DNA of 64,000 bases. It comes from an uncultured Prochlorococcus sp. GTDB taxonomy: Bacteria; Cyanobacteriota; Cyanobacteriia; PCC-6307; Cyanobiaceae. Each line of letters opens with the position of its first letter. The first letter of the stretch is position 1. The notes under the pieces were generated by a model. It saw nothing but the letters and a program-made list of their open reading frames with translations, was not told where the DNA came from and ran no database searches. The stretch lies in the NCBI GenBank assembly GCA_902616595.1, contig CACMTJ010000001.1, forward strand, positions 114,655 through 178,654, given 5' to 3'. The translations under genes were made by a program, and so were the position numbers. Shown here piece by piece: positions 61,687 to 64,000 of the stretch.

Positions 61687-63999
61687 TTAATATCTAAAAA
61701 ATAATTGAACTTGACTTTTCCAATCTCCATTGGAATCATAAGAACCTAATAATTCTAAGTTTGGATTTGCCTGAAAAGTCAAAATTCCTAAAGGTGAAAT
61801 ATCATCTCTACCTGGAACGGTTTGAAAGGCAAAATTTATCGCATCAGTAATATCAAACCCTATTTCGGCTACCCAAGCTTGAGAAGAAAATTCCTCATTA
61901 GAAGATGATTGACCATCATTCTCTATATCTAAATTTTCATTGGAAAAAATACTATTTAATGAATCATTATTTTCCATTAATGCTGGATATAGAGATAACT
62001 GAAATCTTTCACTAAATGCATCAGCTTTATTAAGTTGAGAAATAAATGCTCTATTTATTAAATTTGCAGGGTTACCTCCAATCAAACCAATTATTTGTGA
62101 TCTGTTATAACTTGGAGTACTTCTTAATTGGATTCTTTTATTTTCATCAGCAAAAGATAATTGATCTAAAAATCCTTCATAAGATGCTTCAATTTTGATA
62201 AGCCTTGAATTGCCAATCCCAAATGCACCATTACCACTTGAAGTAGCATCAACTGCAACATCACCTGAGATATTTAAATCCTGATTGTTTTCACTTATAG
62301 GAATTATAGAATCTGGGACTTTACTGACTAGAGAAAAATTAATAAATGGAACTACACCACTTCTCGATGCAAATAAAATATAATTATCTTTATTTTTATC
62401 AAGTTTAAAAGGGGTAGTATATAGATTTGCTCTACCTTTCTTAAGATAAATAAGACCCCTAGCATTTAAATCTTTTCCAACCTCGCCATTTAAAGTGAGG
62501 TCTAATTTAGTTTCTAAATAAGCTTGAACTATCTCTGAATATAGAAGTTTAAATTCTGGTCCAAGTTTTAATTTAAGATTATTAAAACTCAAATTATCCA
62601 AATAATTAGGCAAAGTCTCTCCTAAAAGAACTGAATTCAAAATTGTTTCATTTGAAATTATTTCAATATTTTCAGTATTATCCCAATAAAGTTCAGGCCA
62701 ATCTTTTTTGTCTTTTTTTCGTAGAAGATTATTTTCTTTTTTATTATTTTGATTGGTGCTATTAAAATTAATAAATCCATTATTAAAAGATAGAGAACCT
62801 CCCAAGACAGGACTTTCAAATGATCCACTTAAATAGATATCTGAATCTATTAAAAAATTAAAATTATCTTTTTCTAGAGAAAATTTATTTGTTATTAAGT
62901 TAATTTTTGCTTTCTCGTAATCATTTTTACTATAAAAAGGCAAAGAACCTTTTATAAAAATTTCCCCAGAATCTTCAGCCTTCGCTTGCAAATTATTGAT
63001 CTCTAAAGAATCAAAATCAAAAATTATTGTGCTATAAATATCTTTTATTGTATTTTTTAGAAATTCAATTTCAGAATCTTTAACTACGACAAATCCATTT
63101 AATAGAGGTTTATTTAAGGTTCCTTTTAGAATCACTCTAAGATTCACATCACCTTCTTTAAAGGTAAAGTATTCATCAGCAAAAATATCTATTAACTCAA
63201 AAAATTTTCCATTCCCAATCAATCGTAAATCAATATTATCAGATTTATTTATAGGCATTGAGCCTTCAATATTAATTGGAATTTCAGAGTCATTTATTAG
63301 AAGGGAAAAATCAATATCAAGTATAGAATTATTAAATTCAACAAGTCCTCTATCAAATGTTATTTTGTTATTTTTAATTGATGAATTGTTGGAAAGGATT
63401 TCGCTAGAGAAAGATTTTGTGTCGAGATCATAAAATAAATTTATATCCAACCCTCCAAGAAAATCTCTTGGTTTATTTAAAAAGATATTTGCAGCATCTA
63501 ATGGTAATTTTTTAATTCTTAAAGAACCTGTCCCTGTTAATAATCCTCCTTCCAAATCAATAGAAAATTCCTCTTTATTATTGTTGTAGTCATATTTAGG
63601 TACATCAAGATAGCCATTTAATTCTGCATTCAATTTATAGTTGTCTGGTCTATCACCCTGCATAGTAATTTTTCCATTGTATCTACTTCTAAATTTATTT
63701 AAATATTTTTGCAAATTAAATTTGTCCTCTAGCACATTACTATTTTCAATAAAGTTATTTATAAAATCGATCCTCTCTTTAAATGATTTATTATCATTAT
63801 TTATTTCCAAATCATCCAAAATATTCGATTTACTTAAAGGAATAACTTTTTTATTATCAAAGTTAAAAATATCAACCGCGGTAAGGATAGTCCAACTCGT
63901 GCTTACATTCGTGAATTCTGTATTAATAAAATTATTTTTATTAGAATCATATTCGACTTCAATTACTCCTCCATCAATTGGATACAACGAAGAATTTAT
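61687..63999 (-). CDS. tamB: TamB (DUF490) translocation and assembly module, 5'-truncated by the window edge
   Basis: Beta-rich repeats (G.L..P.L.G), C-terminal STPSY..SQIIGLIGG. The frame stays open from the track's start at 63987 to the window end. Confidence 0.82.
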   Translation of the reverse strand: MNSSLYPIDGGVIEVEYDSNKNNFINTEFTNVSTSWTILTAVDIFNFDNKKVIPLSKSNILDDLEINNDNKSFKERIDFINNFIENSNVLEDKFNLQKYLNKFRSRYNGKITMQGDRPDNYKLNAELNGYLDVPKYDYNNNKEEFSIDLEGGLLTGTGSLRIKKLPLDAANIFLNKPRDFLGGLDINLFYDLDTKSFSSEILSNNSSIKNNKITFDRGLVEFNNSILDIDFSLLINDSEIPINIEGSMPINKSDNIDLRLIGNGKFFELIDIFADEYFTFKEGDVNLRVILKGTLNKPLLNGFVVVKDSEIEFLKNTIKDIYSTIIFDFDSLEINNLQAKAEDSGEIFIKGSLPFYSKNDYEKAKINLITNKFSLEKDNFNFLIDSDIYLSGSFESPVLGGSLSFNNGFINFNSTNQNNKKENNLLRKKDKKDWPELYWDNTENIEIISNETILNSVLLGETLPNYLDNLSFNNLKLKLGPEFKLLYSEIVQAYLETKLDLTLNGEVGKDLNARGLIYLKKGRANLYTTPFKLDKNKDNYILFASRSGVVPFINFSLVSKVPDSIIPISENNQDLNISGDVAVDATSSGNGAFGIGNSRLIKIEASYEGFLDQLSFADENKRIQLRSTPSYNRSQIIGLIGGNPANLINRAFISQLNKADAFSERFQLSLYPALMENNDSLNSIFSNENLDIENDGQSSSNEEFSSQAWVAEIGFDITDAINFAFQTVPGRDDISPLGILTFQANPNLELLGSYDSNGDWKSQVQLFFRY

Positions 64000-64000
64000 A

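Overview
AT-rich, densely coding 64 kb segment of a marine picocyanobacterial chromosome, most likely high-light Prochlorococcus marinus (inferred from pcb, a CrtL-e-type cyclase, stpA and a TGS-bearing thrS). It is almost all core-type housekeeping content: B12, methionine, carotenoid, quinone, glycogen, cell wall, aminoacyl-tRNA synthetases, a Mn ABC transporter, NdhD and TamB. I found no rRNA, tRNA, CRISPR array, transposase or integrase. The best leads are: (1) a 515-aa hypothetical that keeps GpsA (glycerol-3-phosphate dehydrogenase) catalytic motifs and sits head-to-head with stpA-arsS, a possible glycerol-phosphate/arsenosugar module; (2) three co-oriented DnaA-box-like 9-mers plus AGACT repeats upstream of a ribbon-helix-helix-like DUF2811 gene; (3) an HLR1/RpaB-like site upstream of pcbA; (4) an orphan excisionase-like HTH gene; (5) a Gly-repeat/His/Cys DUF3721 protein; (6) an RHH-like gene heading the trpS-thrS operon. 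All family calls are by motif recognition; no searches were run.
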